This document shows positions 38,106 to 48,401 of a stretch of 64,000 nucleotides of DNA, one piece after another. Source of the stretch: Leptonemataceae bacterium (GTDB lineage: Bacteria > Spirochaetota > Leptospiria > Leptospirales > Leptonemataceae); contig OZ245742.1 in assembly GCA_965227295.1 (NCBI GenBank), forward strand, positions 512,001 through 576,000, in the 5' to 3' direction. Under the pieces are notes generated by a model, which saw nothing but the letters and a program-made list of their open reading frames with translations, was not told the DNA's origin and made no database searches. The position numbers were made by a program, and so were the translations under genes. Every line of letters begins with the position of its first letter. Position 1 is the stretch's first letter.

Positions 38106-38450
38106 TTATCCCCGCTTCCACAACGGCAACGCCGTCCCGCGCCGCTCCACAATCCGCACCCGCGCGCCCCGCATCACGCACTCCATATTCCAACCGACCA
38201 AATCCACGTCCGCTAAGTTCTTCTCCGCACGCCTTAAGAGCCGTCCGGCCCCGTACTCGTTCTTCCGCGTCCAGTGTAAGAGCGCCGCGGCGAGTTGCAC
38301 CAGGCCCTGATAGACCCGGGACGCCTCGCCTTCCCGACGGCCGTGCAGAATCCACAGTTCCTCCATCTTCTCGTGCGCCGCATAAAAGTCCCCCGCGTTA
38401 AACAAGCGCACGTATTCATGAAGCAAAGGATGATCGCTTTCAATCTTCAT
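38106..38450 (-). CDS. DUF309-domain protein
   Basis: LFNAGDFYAAHE..EELW and YQGLVQLAAALLH. Confidence 0.85.
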   Translation of the reverse strand: MKIESDHPLLHEYVRLFNAGDFYAAHEKMEELWILHGRREGEASRVYQGLVQLAAALLHWTRKNEYGAGRLLRRAEKNLADVDLVGWNMECVMRGARVRIVERRGTALPLWKRG

Positions 38451-38595
38451 CTGAGCAGGCTGTGCAGGACATAATCCCGGGCGTAAAAATTTGCACGGTT
38501 ACACGGATTCGAGGGGTTTCCGTTGCAAAAAACGCTGACGTTCCGTCTTATAGTATAATACCAGGCAGCGCCGATCTGTCCGCCCGGGTTATGCT

Positions 38596-39516
38596 ATGAT
38601 CTCATCCACCGCCGCAGCAGATTCCCCCCGTTCGGTCCGCCCGTCGGATCTCATGGGGCAGCGCGGCTGGTTATCGCTGGCATTGATCGCTCTGGAATGG
38701 ACCCTCGTCGTCGGGCTTGCGGTGCTCGGCGAAATCGTTCCCCGCCCCTGGTCGTTTGCAGTCTACCCCGTCATCGCCTTTCTCATCGGCGGCCGCATGA
38801 TCTCCCTCGCCGAGGTCATCGGACACGACTCGGTGCACAACAATCTCTTCAAACATCGCGGCCTCAACCGCCACCTGGACTTTCTCTGGTTCCTGCCGCT
38901 CTTCGAAACCTGGGACTCGTATCGCGAGGCCCACGAACGCCATCACGCGTTTCTCCTGAGCCCGCAGGATCCGGCTTACCAGGACTACGAGCGCTGGGGT
39001 CTCTTCCGGCCGAACGTGAACTGGTTTTACGTCTGGTTCATCCGCCCGTTCTTATTCTTCGACACGCTCTACATGATCCGCAGCATCGCGGAGGGACTGT
39101 GGACCGACGCGGCCTATCGCCGGCGCCTCCTGGCGTTCTGGATTCCCGTCACCGCCGCCTGCGCCTACTTCGGCGCTCTGGACCTGCTCTTCTGGTACTG
39201 GCTGCTCCCGCTCTTCTGGGCCTACCCGGCCATCCTCTTCTGGTCCGAAACGGGCGAGCACTTCCGCACGCCCGTCGGCGATTCCCGCAATACCTTCGGC
39301 CTGCTCGAATACTGCATGATCAGCCCGCACTACGATCGCTATCACGCGGTGCACCATCGCTATCCGCGCATTCCCTGGTTTCGACTCAAGCAGGCCACCC
39401 GGATGCTCGCCGGCCCCGGCGACGCCTCGCGGTCGAGCGGCTTTCTGGATCTCTACCGGCAAATGCGAAACGAAAGCCTGCCGCGAATTGCGAAGCGTAC
39501 TTCGCGCGCGGCCTGA
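38596..39516 (+). CDS. Membrane fatty acid desaturase-family protein
   Basis: His boxes HDSVH, HERHH and HAVHH.YP.IPW, plus TM segments. Confidence 0.85.
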   Translation: MISSTAAADSPRSVRPSDLMGQRGWLSLALIALEWTLVVGLAVLGEIVPRPWSFAVYPVIAFLIGGRMISLAEVIGHDSVHNNLFKHRGLNRHLDFLWFLPLFETWDSYREAHERHHAFLLSPQDPAYQDYERWGLFRPNVNWFYVWFIRPFLFFDTLYMIRSIAEGLWTDAAYRRRLLAFWIPVTAACAYFGALDLLFWYWLLPLFWAYPAILFWSETGEHFRTPVGDSRNTFGLLEYCMISPHYDRYHAVHHRYPRIPWFRLKQATRMLAGPGDASRSSGFLDLYRQMRNESLPRIAKRTSRAA

Positions 39517-39533
39517 GGCGCGAAGAGTCTCTA

Positions 39534-39573
39534 AAAACAAAAACGGCCCGCTTGGATGGCAAGCGCGCCGTTT
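39534..39573 (-). terminator. Intrinsic terminator downstream of tRNA-Val (possibly bidirectional)
   Basis: Minus strand: aaacggcgcgcttg-ccatc-caagcgggccgttt followed by a T-rich tract. Confidence 0.65.
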
Positions 39574-39576
39574 CTG

Positions 39577-39650
<74 letters not shown>

Positions 39651-39803
39651 ATCATCCAGATGTCAGAGTACTGGAAACAATCCGGGGCGTGCTTCCGGCG
39701 TCAATTGATATATTCTTGACACGATCTGAAAAACGGATGAACTCGGAGTTCGTTTTGCGCATCCAACCCCACGCAGGGCGCTGCACACACAGGAAGCACC
39801 ATC

Positions 39804-41249
39804 ATGAAAAAGATTCTCATCATCGCCGGTTCCGTCATCGGCGTCATCCTCGTCATTCTCATCGGCGTTTCGATGTATGTCTCATCGCTCATTAACGAAG
39901 ACTTCGTCGTGCAGCAGGTCGAGGGCACATTCAATCTTCGCGCCGAACTCGCCGAATTGAATGTCGGTCTCTTCTCCGGCGCGAGCGTAGAACTCCGGGG
40001 TGTCGCCCTGGGACCGCGGGATTCCTACGCGAACAAGGGCACGCCCCTCAGCGAGCGGAAGCCCATGACGAACAAAACCATCTCCGCCGACAACGTGAAA
40101 CTATCCCTGCAGCTGTTTCCGCTCATGGACGGGCGGCTGGTCGTTGAGGAGTTCATCTTCCGCAAACCGGTGGTCAACCTGGTCATGTACCGCAGCGGCT
40201 CCAATAACCTGGGCGGCCTCTTCACCACGCCCAGAGTCGTAAACGGCGAACGCAATCCCGCGCTGGACGCCCCGAAGCAACAACCCGCCGAACCGGAAGA
40301 GGGAGCCGACGAACCGTTCCAGGCCAAACACCTCGGCCTGGCCGGCACCATCGATACCGCCGGCATCGAAAACGGCACCCTCAACATGCGCCTGGCCGCC
40401 GGCGACAAACTCGAATTCCGCGGCCTGGAACTCTGGCTCACGGACATCGACATCGATCCCGAGGATCTCGAGAACCACAACTCCGCGTATCTCAGTCTGG
40501 ATACAGTGGTACACGCCATCAGCCGTCAGGGTCAGGAAGTCGGTAAGTTCATCCTTGAGTCCGACGGCAAAATCGTACCGTTCGATCCTAAAACCGGCGA
40601 GGTGGCGCTGAACATCCGCTACGATCTAAATCTCGCCCAGAGTTCCTTCGTCACCGGCTTCGCGGTGGTCGACAAACTCGCCGGCGATCTGCCGGACCTG
40701 CGCCAGGCCGGCGTGAAAATGAACGATCTCGCGAAAAAGGCCGAACTCATTCGTGACGTGAAGCTGAACGTAGAGTACGGTCGCGGCCTGTTAAAGTTTC
40801 TCGACGACTCCATGCTGCCGACGAAGCACTACGATTTCGGATTACAAAAGGGCAGTACCATCCGCCTCGCCGACAGCACGCACCGCTTCCGCGGACAATT
40901 GCTCGCATCCGAAAGCGAAACCGACGTCGCCCTGGCCGGCCTGGACCGCGAACTCACGAACGCCCTCAAAGGTACCGGCGCCGATCCCAAAGAAATTCGC
41001 AACAAAGCCCTGGCTCAGGTCATCAAGGACGGGCGCCTGCACTTCAACTTTCTCTCTTCCGGCCCTCTCGCCAACCCGAACGTGGATCTGCTCGCGGAAA
41101 TTCCTTCCATCACGGCCATGATCAAGAGCGCCGGCGGCGACGTTCTGCGTTCGAAACTGGACTCCGAGCTCAAGAAAGTACTCCCGGGCAAACTGGGGGA
41201 CGACATCGGGGATGAAGCGAAGGATCTGATCAACAAGTTCGGCTTCTAA
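39804..41249 (+). CDS. AsmA-family-like periplasmic protein
   Basis: N-terminal anchor, LSLQLFPLMDG.L.V....KP.VNL signature and beta-rich body. Confidence 0.65.
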   Translation: MKKILIIAGSVIGVILVILIGVSMYVSSLINEDFVVQQVEGTFNLRAELAELNVGLFSGASVELRGVALGPRDSYANKGTPLSERKPMTNKTISADNVKLSLQLFPLMDGRLVVEEFIFRKPVVNLVMYRSGSNNLGGLFTTPRVVNGERNPALDAPKQQPAEPEEGADEPFQAKHLGLAGTIDTAGIENGTLNMRLAAGDKLEFRGLELWLTDIDIDPEDLENHNSAYLSLDTVVHAISRQGQEVGKFILESDGKIVPFDPKTGEVALNIRYDLNLAQSSFVTGFAVVDKLAGDLPDLRQAGVKMNDLAKKAELIRDVKLNVEYGRGLLKFLDDSMLPTKHYDFGLQKGSTIRLADSTHRFRGQLLASESETDVALAGLDRELTNALKGTGADPKEIRNKALAQVIKDGRLHFNFLSSGPLANPNVDLLAEIPSITAMIKSAGGDVLRSKLDSELKKVLPGKLGDDIGDEAKDLINKFGF

Positions 41250-41286
41250 CTTAACTGTTACGCCGCTTAACTTACTGTGTAGCGGC

Positions 41287-42030
41287 TCAACCCGCGGCGC
41301 GCACCTGTTCCCAGAACGGCGGCAGTATCTCGCCGGCCTTGCCCTGCAGAAAAAAGCGGGCGAGGCCGGTCGCGCCCGAGCGCTCCGGATTCACGTCGAC
41401 GGCCACAGCCCCGCGTTCCACCGCCTGCTGGGCCAGGTAAACCGGCATCGGCACCATGCCCGAGGTTCCAATGATGAACACCAGGTCCGCTTCCGCCAGG
41501 AAATCCAGGGAGCGGCCTAACTTCTCATGATCGTAACTTTCACCGAACCACACAACGTCCGGCCGGGCCGGCGCTCCCTCCGCGAACGGACTGAGCGGCG
41601 GCAGTTCCGCTAACGGCGGCGGCGGCAGATCAAACGTTTTCCCCGTACGCGTACACCGCCCGCGCAGAATGCTGCCGTGAATCTCGACGATCTCCCGGCT
41701 GCCGGCACGCGCGTGCAGGCCGTCCACGTTCTGGGTAATCAGCAAGAATTCCGGATAGTAGTCTTCCATGGCAAGCACCGTGCGATGGGCCGCGTTGGGT
41801 TCGGCCTGCGCGCAGACTTCGCGGCGCCAGTCGTACCACTCCCACACGAGCTTCGGATCCCGCTCGAAGGCCCCCGGCGTGGCCAGGTCTTCGGCGCGGA
41901 AGTTCCGCCACAGCCCGCCCTCGCCCCGAAACGTGGGAATCCCGCTCTCGCTGGAAATGCCCGCCCCGGTAATAACGGCAACGCGCCGCGCTCCGGCGGC
42001 GATCTCGATTAACTCCGCATCAAATTGCAT
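41287..42030 (-). CDS. cobB: NAD-dependent protein deacylase (sirtuin, class III)
   Basis: TGAGISSESGIPTFRG, WY..RR, TQNVDGLH.RAG, HGS, RPDVVWFGE and GTS. Confidence 0.9.
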   Translation of the reverse strand: MQFDAELIEIAAGARRVAVITGAGISSESGIPTFRGEGGLWRNFRAEDLATPGAFERDPKLVWEWYDWRREVCAQAEPNAAHRTVLAMEDYYPEFLLITQNVDGLHARAGSREIVEIHGSILRGRCTRTGKTFDLPPPPLAELPPLSPFAEGAPARPDVVWFGESYDHEKLGRSLDFLAEADLVFIIGTSGMVPMPVYLAQQAVERGAVAVDVNPERSGATGLARFFLQGKAGEILPPFWEQVRAAG

Positions 42031-42680
42031 TAGTGTTTCCCGAGATTACGTTTGCGGTAACGCACAAACAGCCAGATCAACACGGCAACGCTGATCACCG
42101 AAACGGCGACCTGACTGTAGAGCTTCACCCAGTGTACGACCAGCTCCCAGTTTTCTCCGAGGGCGTAGCCGCCACCGAGGAGCAGCACGTTCCATATGGA
42201 CACGGCCACGGAAAAACTCAACAGGAAGATCGCCATGTTCATGCGCGAAAGACCGGCCACCACCACCACGAAGATGCGAATGCCCGCAAGAAAACGCGAG
42301 ATCACCACCAGCCAGGCGCCCCGGCGACGGAACCACACCCGAGTCTTTTCCAGTTCCTTCTTCGAAAAGACGTCCCCCAGCCAGCGACGAATGAAGCGCG
42401 GCCGTCGCAGCCGTCGACGAATGCCGTAGACCAGGCCCACCACGTAGGTTCCGGCATAGTACATGATCAGTCCGCTCAGGATATTGCCTATGAGCGAAGC
42501 AATGAAAGAAGCCGGCAGCGTGAGCACCTCATGCGCGGACAAAAAGCCGGCGAATACGATGAAGACGTCCCCGGGCCACGGCGGAAACAGGTTCTCCAGC
42601 ATGGACGAGATGCACAAAAAGGCGTAGATGCCCCAATCCGGCAGGGTCCGCAACCATTCAATGATGTCGTAAGCGTCCAT
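42030..42680 (-). CDS. DedA-family membrane protein
   Basis: ENLFPPWPGD, SRFLAGIR and LGENW. Confidence 0.88.
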   Translation of the reverse strand: MDAYDIIEWLRTLPDWGIYAFLCISSMLENLFPPWPGDVFIVFAGFLSAHEVLTLPASFIASLIGNILSGLIMYYAGTYVVGLVYGIRRRLRRPRFIRRWLGDVFSKKELEKTRVWFRRRGAWLVVISRFLAGIRIFVVVVAGLSRMNMAIFLLSFSVAVSIWNVLLLGGGYALGENWELVVHWVKLYSQVAVSVISVAVLIWLFVRYRKRNLGKH

Positions 42681-42714
42681 GTTTCAGATCAATTTAACAT
42701 CATCTCAAAAACAG

Positions 42715-43812
42715 CTAATCGAAAATTTCCAGACGGCGGGCCAGCAGCATCGCGAAGTTCTCGAAAATGCGCTCGGCGTCCGCGTCGTAGCGTTCCAGCC
42801 GACGCCGCTGTTCGTCGACGATGCGTGCGTTGAGGTCAGCGTCGTCGAGGATGCGGGCGGCCAGCTCCGCCACACGCACGGGATCGAAGCGCCGAAACAG
42901 AACGCCGGCACCGTCGAGGGTCTCTTCGACGGCGGAACGCGGCGAACCGTCGGGCCCGTCACCGGCGTACGCCAGCACCGGTAAGCCGGCCCGCATGGCC
43001 TCCAGCAACGGTACGCCGAAGCCCTCGTGCCGCGACGCCGAAAGAAACATCGAAGCCCGGGCGTAAAGATCCTGCAGTTCGTCGTCGCTTACGTAGCCGC
43101 GCAATTCCACCGCATCGTTCAGTCGCAATTCGTTCCGCAGGCGATCCAGTTCCCGGCGAAAGCTTTCCATGCCGGGGATTTCCGTGCCGGCAATGACCAG
43201 GCGCAGCTCCGGTCGCAGGCGTCGCAGGTAATAAAAAATCTTAAACAATTCCGGCAGACCCTTGTTCGGCGCAATGCGACCGACGAACAAAACCACCGGC
43301 TCCCGCCGCGGAGACGGGCCCTGCTGTCGCCGGTGAAACGGAAATAACAACGGGAGGACGGCCACCTCATCGTAGCCGAGCATTTGCAGTTCCGAAGCGT
43401 TGAAGCGAGAAACGGCGAAGCTTGCTTCGAAACAGCGGCGCAGGCTGCGCAATTCGCGGCGGGCACGTTCCAGGCGACCGGAAATGAACAGGGAGTACGG
43501 CCGGAAGTACTTCGCGGGCGTAACGTTGTGGTACATCAAAAAACGCGGAACGCTCCAGGAAGAGATGCGATCGTTGATCCCCGAGGCAATACCGTAGTGA
43601 TACAGAATGACATCGTCGGGGCGAGGCCGGTAGCGACGCACAAGACCCGCGTCAAAGCCCACGTCGCCGATGTTCTCGGCGAAGATTGCCGTCTCCTGAA
43701 ACGGCAGGGCCGCGGACGACGTGCGGAACATCTGATCCAGCAGACGGATTTCGTTGGTGATCGCGTCACCGGGATTCAGGCCGGGCGCAATTTGCACAAG
43801 GCGGCTCTTCAT
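42715..43812 (-). CDS. Glycosyltransferase family 4
   Basis: GDAI, YHNVTP, FVGRIAPNKG and S.HEGFGVPLLEAM. Confidence 0.9.
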   Translation of the reverse strand: MKSRLVQIAPGLNPGDAITNEIRLLDQMFRTSSAALPFQETAIFAENIGDVGFDAGLVRRYRPRPDDVILYHYGIASGINDRISSWSVPRFLMYHNVTPAKYFRPYSLFISGRLERARRELRSLRRCFEASFAVSRFNASELQMLGYDEVAVLPLLFPFHRRQQGPSPRREPVVLFVGRIAPNKGLPELFKIFYYLRRLRPELRLVIAGTEIPGMESFRRELDRLRNELRLNDAVELRGYVSDDELQDLYARASMFLSASRHEGFGVPLLEAMRAGLPVLAYAGDGPDGSPRSAVEETLDGAGVLFRRFDPVRVAELAARILDDADLNARIVDEQRRRLERYDADAERIFENFAMLLARRLEIFD

Positions 43813-43817
43813 GCAGC

Positions 43818-44858
43818 TCAGGGAATCTTTTCGAGCAGGAGCTCGAAGGAACCGTCTTTCAATTCCTGGGGAAGGTTTTCCGTGACGATGCGGAACCCCA
43901 GCCCCTCGCAGAGTTTCTTGAAGACGACGAAGTCTACGTCGTACAGCCCGCCCCGGGAAAAAGGAGACGAACGCAAGCCGCGGTCGGCGCGAGCGTACAG
44001 GTATCCACCCGGCTTAAGTTTACGTGCGCATAACTCAGGCAGGAGCTCCACGAGACCGCTGGTTTCGCAGAGGTTCGGCACCAGCACGGCGGCTACCGAG
44101 ACGTCGTTATGCCGGGAAAGCAGCGCGTCGGCCGCCAGGCGTTCCACCCGGTCCGGGTATGCCCCCTGCAATCGTAGATACGTCCCATGATCGTCGGCGT
44201 GCAGGAAAAGATCGTTTCGACTGAAACCGGCGGCACTCAGCGCGGCAGCCAGCCCGCCGTTGCGATCGTCCAGACAGAGCAACGGCCCGTCCGGAAAACC
44301 GGAGGCTTCGCGAAGTTCTCGGGCCACAGCGTCGTTCATGGAACGAACAGCCTCGGGTAGTTCCGGCAGCGCCGGCCCGGCAACCCCGGCGTCCGTGCCC
44401 CGGTTGCCGTCACTGAGGGAAGCCAGCCGCGACCGGAGTTCGAAGTTTTCCCCGGAAACACTCTCCAGGCGACTCTGCATGCGCTCCAGGCGATAGTTCA
44501 CGGCAATGAGTTCATGCACTACGTTATAGAAGGCCTGGATCTTATTCTGGCTGAGCTTGTCGTGGAGACTTGAGAAAAAGTTAAAGAGCAGACGGGCAAA
44601 GGTCTTCAGCGGACCACGAAAGCGCCGGTACTTGGGGCTGCGAAAATCAGGAGCGGGGACCGGGCGCTCGAAGAGCTCGGACGTAACCGCGGGATCGAAG
44701 ACGTGTTCGGAAGCGGGGGAAACCGGAGCAAACGAAAGACGTTCGATGCGGCGCTGCTCGTCGAGATCATAGCCGCGTTCCTGAACTCGGTTTTCTATAG
44801 TTTCGACAATTTCCTGTGAATCGATGCCGGGAGCGTGTATCTCAAATATATCTTTCAC
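43818..44858 (-). CDS. Hypothetical protein (coiled coil plus degenerate methyltransferase-like C-terminus)
   Basis: 346-aa ORF co-oriented with GT4. IFEI...ID..EI...IE N-terminus and LKPGGYL motif. Confidence 0.6.
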   Translation of the reverse strand: MKDIFEIHAPGIDSQEIVETIENRVQERGYDLDEQRRIERLSFAPVSPASEHVFDPAVTSELFERPVPAPDFRSPKYRRFRGPLKTFARLLFNFFSSLHDKLSQNKIQAFYNVVHELIAVNYRLERMQSRLESVSGENFELRSRLASLSDGNRGTDAGVAGPALPELPEAVRSMNDAVARELREASGFPDGPLLCLDDRNGGLAAALSAAGFSRNDLFLHADDHGTYLRLQGAYPDRVERLAADALLSRHNDVSVAAVLVPNLCETSGLVELLPELCARKLKPGGYLYARADRGLRSSPFSRGGLYDVDFVVFKKLCEGLGFRIVTENLPQELKDGSFELLLEKIP

Positions 44859-44968
44859 CAGCCGTTCCGGTTCCGGGAAAGGTCGCGCCTGACCACCGCC
44901 GGGTCAAGCCAAATCCGCGAGAATATAGTTTACACCGAAGCCGTGAGAACCGGACGCTATCCGCAATC

Positions 44969-45388
44969 GTGCGGATCACCAGCAAAGGCAGATACGGCCT
45001 CAAGGCCATGATGGAACTCGCCGCCCCGGAAAACCAGGGCAGCCTGCTCAAGACGCGGGAGATCTCCGAACGCCGGGACATCCCGCTGAAGTACCTCGAA
45101 CAAATCATAAACACCCTTAAGAAACAAAACCTGGTCGCCAGCGTGCGCGGCTCCGAAGGCGGTTATCGCCTGGCCCGGGCTCCCCACGAAATCACCGTCT
45201 ACGAAATCCTCAACTGCCTTGAAGGCGACCTCAGCATCATCGATAAAAACGATCCGACCTGGGGTCGCGACCAGGGCGTGTTCTGGACCGAGCTGGAAGA
45301 TCAGATCCGCCGCATCCTCGACGTCCCCCTCTCGGATTTCATTACCCGCCACGACGAGGCGTCCCAGAATCTTATGTATTACATTTAG
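44969..45388 (+). CDS. Rrf2-family transcriptional regulator (CymR-like, no three-Cys Fe-S motif)
   Basis: ITSKGRYGLKAMMELA, YLEQI..L, SVRG..GGYRLAR and ITVYEI...LEG. Confidence 0.88.
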   Translation: MRITSKGRYGLKAMMELAAPENQGSLLKTREISERRDIPLKYLEQIINTLKKQNLVASVRGSEGGYRLARAPHEITVYEILNCLEGDLSIIDKNDPTWGRDQGVFWTELEDQIRRILDVPLSDFITRHDEASQNLMYYI

Positions 45389-46397
45389 TACAAAGGCGTA
45401 CGAGCACCGGCGCAGCGTAGTAGTACCAAAACGCCGCGACCTCACGCAGCATGTACACCGGCAGGAAACGCAAAATGCGGCTCTGCTTTGCCGGCACGGT
45501 ATAGACCTCGGTGCCCGCGCGCAGGTAAGCCAGCTTAATGCGCGGAAGATGATAGAACTGCGACACGGCCAGCACGGTTCGCAGATCGTGCTCACGAAAC
45601 ATGGCGACAGTCTCATCCACGGTGGCCTGGGTGCTGAGCCCGTTCCGATCCAGAAGGATGTGCCGGTCCTTTACACCGTGGCGCAGGGCATAACGGCGCA
45701 TAGCCTCAGTTTCGTGCATGTCGCCGTCGGCGGGACCGCCGCTCAGGATGAGCCGATCCACCGTGCCGTCGTTGTAAAGGTCCACGGCCGTGCGAATGCG
45801 ATCGTACAACGCGGTGGAAAGACGGCCGTCCGCATAGGCGCGCGCCCCGAAAACGACGGCGACATCGGCGGGACGGCGGTAGTTCGTCGAGCCGAAACAA
45901 AGCATCTGCAACAAGGGAAAGAGCACCGCAATCACGGCGAGCGCAAACGCGGCCCACAGGCGGCCAATCGCACTAATCTCTTTCCATCGCAAGTTAGCCG
46001 CCCGGAAGGGGCGATTCTCACCGGAGCGGCGAATCTGCCGCAACATGAACACTACCGGCAGCAACAAAAAGAGCGACAACGGCACGGGAAACCAGGTATC
46101 GATGAAGCCGTAGTACAGGAGTCCGTAGTATTGCAGTACGTTCTGTGCCAGGAACAACCCCAGAAATCCCAGGCCGCCGACGATGAACCAGCGCCCCGGG
46201 CCGCCTGAGGGCACACCGATGACGTACGCCGCCAGCACAAGGGCGACCAGGATCAGAGCAAAGAACGGCAGCGGTGCCGGCAGAAGGCGGAAGTCCACCC
46301 ACCAGATGTTCGCATCGAAGCCGGGCAGCACCAGGTCCAGGCCCAGATTCAGCAGCGAAAATCCCGCGAAAAAGAGCGCCGTGGTTCTGAGCAACAT
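45372..46397 (-). CDS. YdcF/SanA (DUF218) membrane protein
   Basis: VVFGA, L.DRI..A, LILSGG, E.EAM, G.ST, VSQFYHLPR and LREVAA. Confidence 0.85.
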   Translation of the reverse strand: MLLRTTALFFAGFSLLNLGLDLVLPGFDANIWWVDFRLLPAPLPFFALILVALVLAAYVIGVPSGGPGRWFIVGGLGFLGLFLAQNVLQYYGLLYYGFIDTWFPVPLSLFLLLPVVFMLRQIRRSGENRPFRAANLRWKEISAIGRLWAAFALAVIAVLFPLLQMLCFGSTNYRRPADVAVVFGARAYADGRLSTALYDRIRTAVDLYNDGTVDRLILSGGPADGDMHETEAMRRYALRHGVKDRHILLDRNGLSTQATVDETVAMFREHDLRTVLAVSQFYHLPRIKLAYLRAGTEVYTVPAKQSRILRFLPVYMLREVAAFWYYYAAPVLVRLCTKCNT

Positions 46398-46435
46398 ATC
46401 CGTCTACAGGTGCAACCGAAAGGCAGCGGCCGATC

Positions 46436-47098
46436 TTACCAGGGAAGCACTTCGCCCTGGGCGTGCCAGAAGGTACCGCTGTTGTCGAGGTTGAGCCCGT
46501 CCATGCGTTGAATCAGATGCGCGGCAGACTCGTCCGGCGTCACGTTCCCGTTGCCGCCGGTCATGTCCGTTTTCACGAAACCGGGATGCAGAATCCCCAC
46601 GGCCACTCCGCGATCCTTGAGATCGTGGGCCAGGGACATGCCGGCCATGTTCAGCGCGGCCTTGGACATGCGATAGCCGTACATGCCGCCGGACGTGTTA
46701 TCCGCGATCGAGCCCATCCGCGAAGTAATCAGCGCCACTTTGGAGGGCTTCGCCAGAAGATGCAACAAGGCGTGTACGGTGCGCAACGGACCGACGGCGT
46801 TCACGTCGAATTGCTCGCGGATCGTGTCCAGGTCCAGGTCGTTCAGGCCGCCGCCGCGCAGAATGCCGGCATTGTTCACGAGCAGATCTAGACTGACGTC
46901 ATGCAAGCGCCCGGCCAGGTCCGCGAGGGAACCCGGCTGGGTTACGTCGATGCCGTGTTCGACGCGAACGCCCAGGGCGTCCAACGCCTCCGAAGATGTG
47001 CGGCAAACCGCGATGACGTCATCGCCGCGTTGTTTCAATTGTTTGCAAATCTCAAGGCCGATGCCGCGATTTGCTCCGGTGACCAGTGCCGTTGCCAT
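46436..47098 (-). CDS. Short-chain dehydrogenase (CsgA-like)
   Basis: TGANRGIG, NNAG, SRMGSI.DN, YRMSKAALNM and HPG.V.TDM. Confidence 0.92.
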   Translation of the reverse strand: MATALVTGANRGIGLEICKQLKQRGDDVIAVCRTSSEALDALGVRVEHGIDVTQPGSLADLAGRLHDVSLDLLVNNAGILRGGGLNDLDLDTIREQFDVNAVGPLRTVHALLHLLAKPSKVALITSRMGSIADNTSGGMYGYRMSKAALNMAGMSLAHDLKDRGVAVGILHPGFVKTDMTGGNGNVTPDESAAHLIQRMDGLNLDNSGTFWHAQGEVLPW

Positions 47099-47130
47099 AA
47101 TAAATGCTCCTGAGTTATGTTCAATGTAAG

Positions 47131-48291
47131 TTAATGGCCGGGGCCGAGCTTCAGCACGGAACCCGTGCCGTAGTCCACGACGTAGAGTTCGCCGGCGGCG
47201 TCCTCGCCGAAGCTCGCCCAATTGCCGCCGCCGTTTCGGAGGACCTCGGCGGGACCGGCGGCCCGCCCCGCCTTATTCAACGGCAACGCCCAGATCTTGC
47301 CGCTCACAAAGTCCGCGAAGAAGTACTGACCGTAACGCCCGCCGAGGGTCTTGCCGCGATAGACGAAACCGCCGGTAATGCTCTGCCCCTCGTCATGGGA
47401 GTACTCGTGGATCGGATCCACCAGGCCGGGACGTTCACATTTCGTCTTCGGATTATAGCAGTGATTGCCTTCTTTCAAACGCCAGCCGAGATTATCGCCG
47501 GCAGCAATGAGATCGATTTCCTCCCACGCGTTTTGCCCGACGTCACCGGCGTAGAGCCGCCCCGTCTCGCGATCGAAGCTGAAGCGCCAGGGATTGCGGA
47601 GGCCGTAGGCGTAAGTTTCGGGCAGGAAACCTTTGCGAGTCAACAGGGGATTGTCCGGCGGGACGCGGTATCCCTTTGTGCGGCCCGGACGCGGATCGAT
47701 GCGCAAAATCTTGCCGAGGTACGTGGCCGGGTCCTGGCCGGCGTTCAACGGATCGCCGGCGGATCCGCCGTCGCCGGTGCCGATGTAGAGTTTGCCATCG
47801 GGACCGAACACAACGAGGCCGCCGTTGTGATTGCGATACGGCTGGCGGAACTTCAAGAGAATGCGGCGCGCTTTTTCACGAGCCCGCGGCGGCTGACCGC
47901 TGCGAAAATCCACCGGAATCTCTGCGATGTGCGAAAACGACGGACGTCCCGCCGTGTAGTTTACGTAGACCGGGGCCTCGCCCGCGGCTTTGCCCTCAAC
48001 ATAGCCCGGCGAAAATGCCATCGACAGCAGGCCTTCTTCGCCGCTGCCACTGTTAATGACTTTGCTCAGATCCAGAAAGAGACTGCGCTGTTCGCCGGCA
48101 ATGCGATGGACCTTGCCGCCCTGCTCGACGACGTACATCACGTCGCTGCGTTGCGGCGGAAACACGACCTGGAGCGGCTTCTGAAAACCGCTCGCGACTT
48201 TTCGCAAGACCACGCTCCCGCTCTCGCCGCGGGCTTTGTCGCAGCCGAAGATGCCGACGATCAGCGTAAAGAACACAAGGACTCGCATCAT
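47131..48291 (-). CDS. PQQ-dependent sugar dehydrogenase (GSDH family), lipoprotein-like signal
   Basis: EEGLLSMAF, NHNGG, FGPDGKLY, GKILRID, YGLRNPWR and DVGQ. Confidence 0.9.
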   Translation of the reverse strand: MMRVLVFFTLIVGIFGCDKARGESGSVVLRKVASGFQKPLQVVFPPQRSDVMYVVEQGGKVHRIAGEQRSLFLDLSKVINSGSGEEGLLSMAFSPGYVEGKAAGEAPVYVNYTAGRPSFSHIAEIPVDFRSGQPPRAREKARRILLKFRQPYRNHNGGLVVFGPDGKLYIGTGDGGSAGDPLNAGQDPATYLGKILRIDPRPGRTKGYRVPPDNPLLTRKGFLPETYAYGLRNPWRFSFDRETGRLYAGDVGQNAWEEIDLIAAGDNLGWRLKEGNHCYNPKTKCERPGLVDPIHEYSHDEGQSITGGFVYRGKTLGGRYGQYFFADFVSGKIWALPLNKAGRAAGPAEVLRNGGGNWASFGEDAAGELYVVDYGTGSVLKLGPGH

Positions 48292-48334
48292 CTCCTGGAA
48301 AGTTAACAAGCCCTCACGTCACGTCCACGGTTTT

Positions 48335-48370
48335 AAAAAACAAAACGGGCCCCCTTTCGGGCGCCCGTTC
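48335..48370 (-). terminator. Intrinsic terminator of the ribosomal superoperon
   Basis: Minus strand gaacgggcgccc-gaaa-gggggcccgttttgtttttt, downstream of rplQ. Confidence 0.75.
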
Positions 48371-48401
48371 GTCTTCGTTGCGATTCGCCGGAGCGATGTC
48401 G

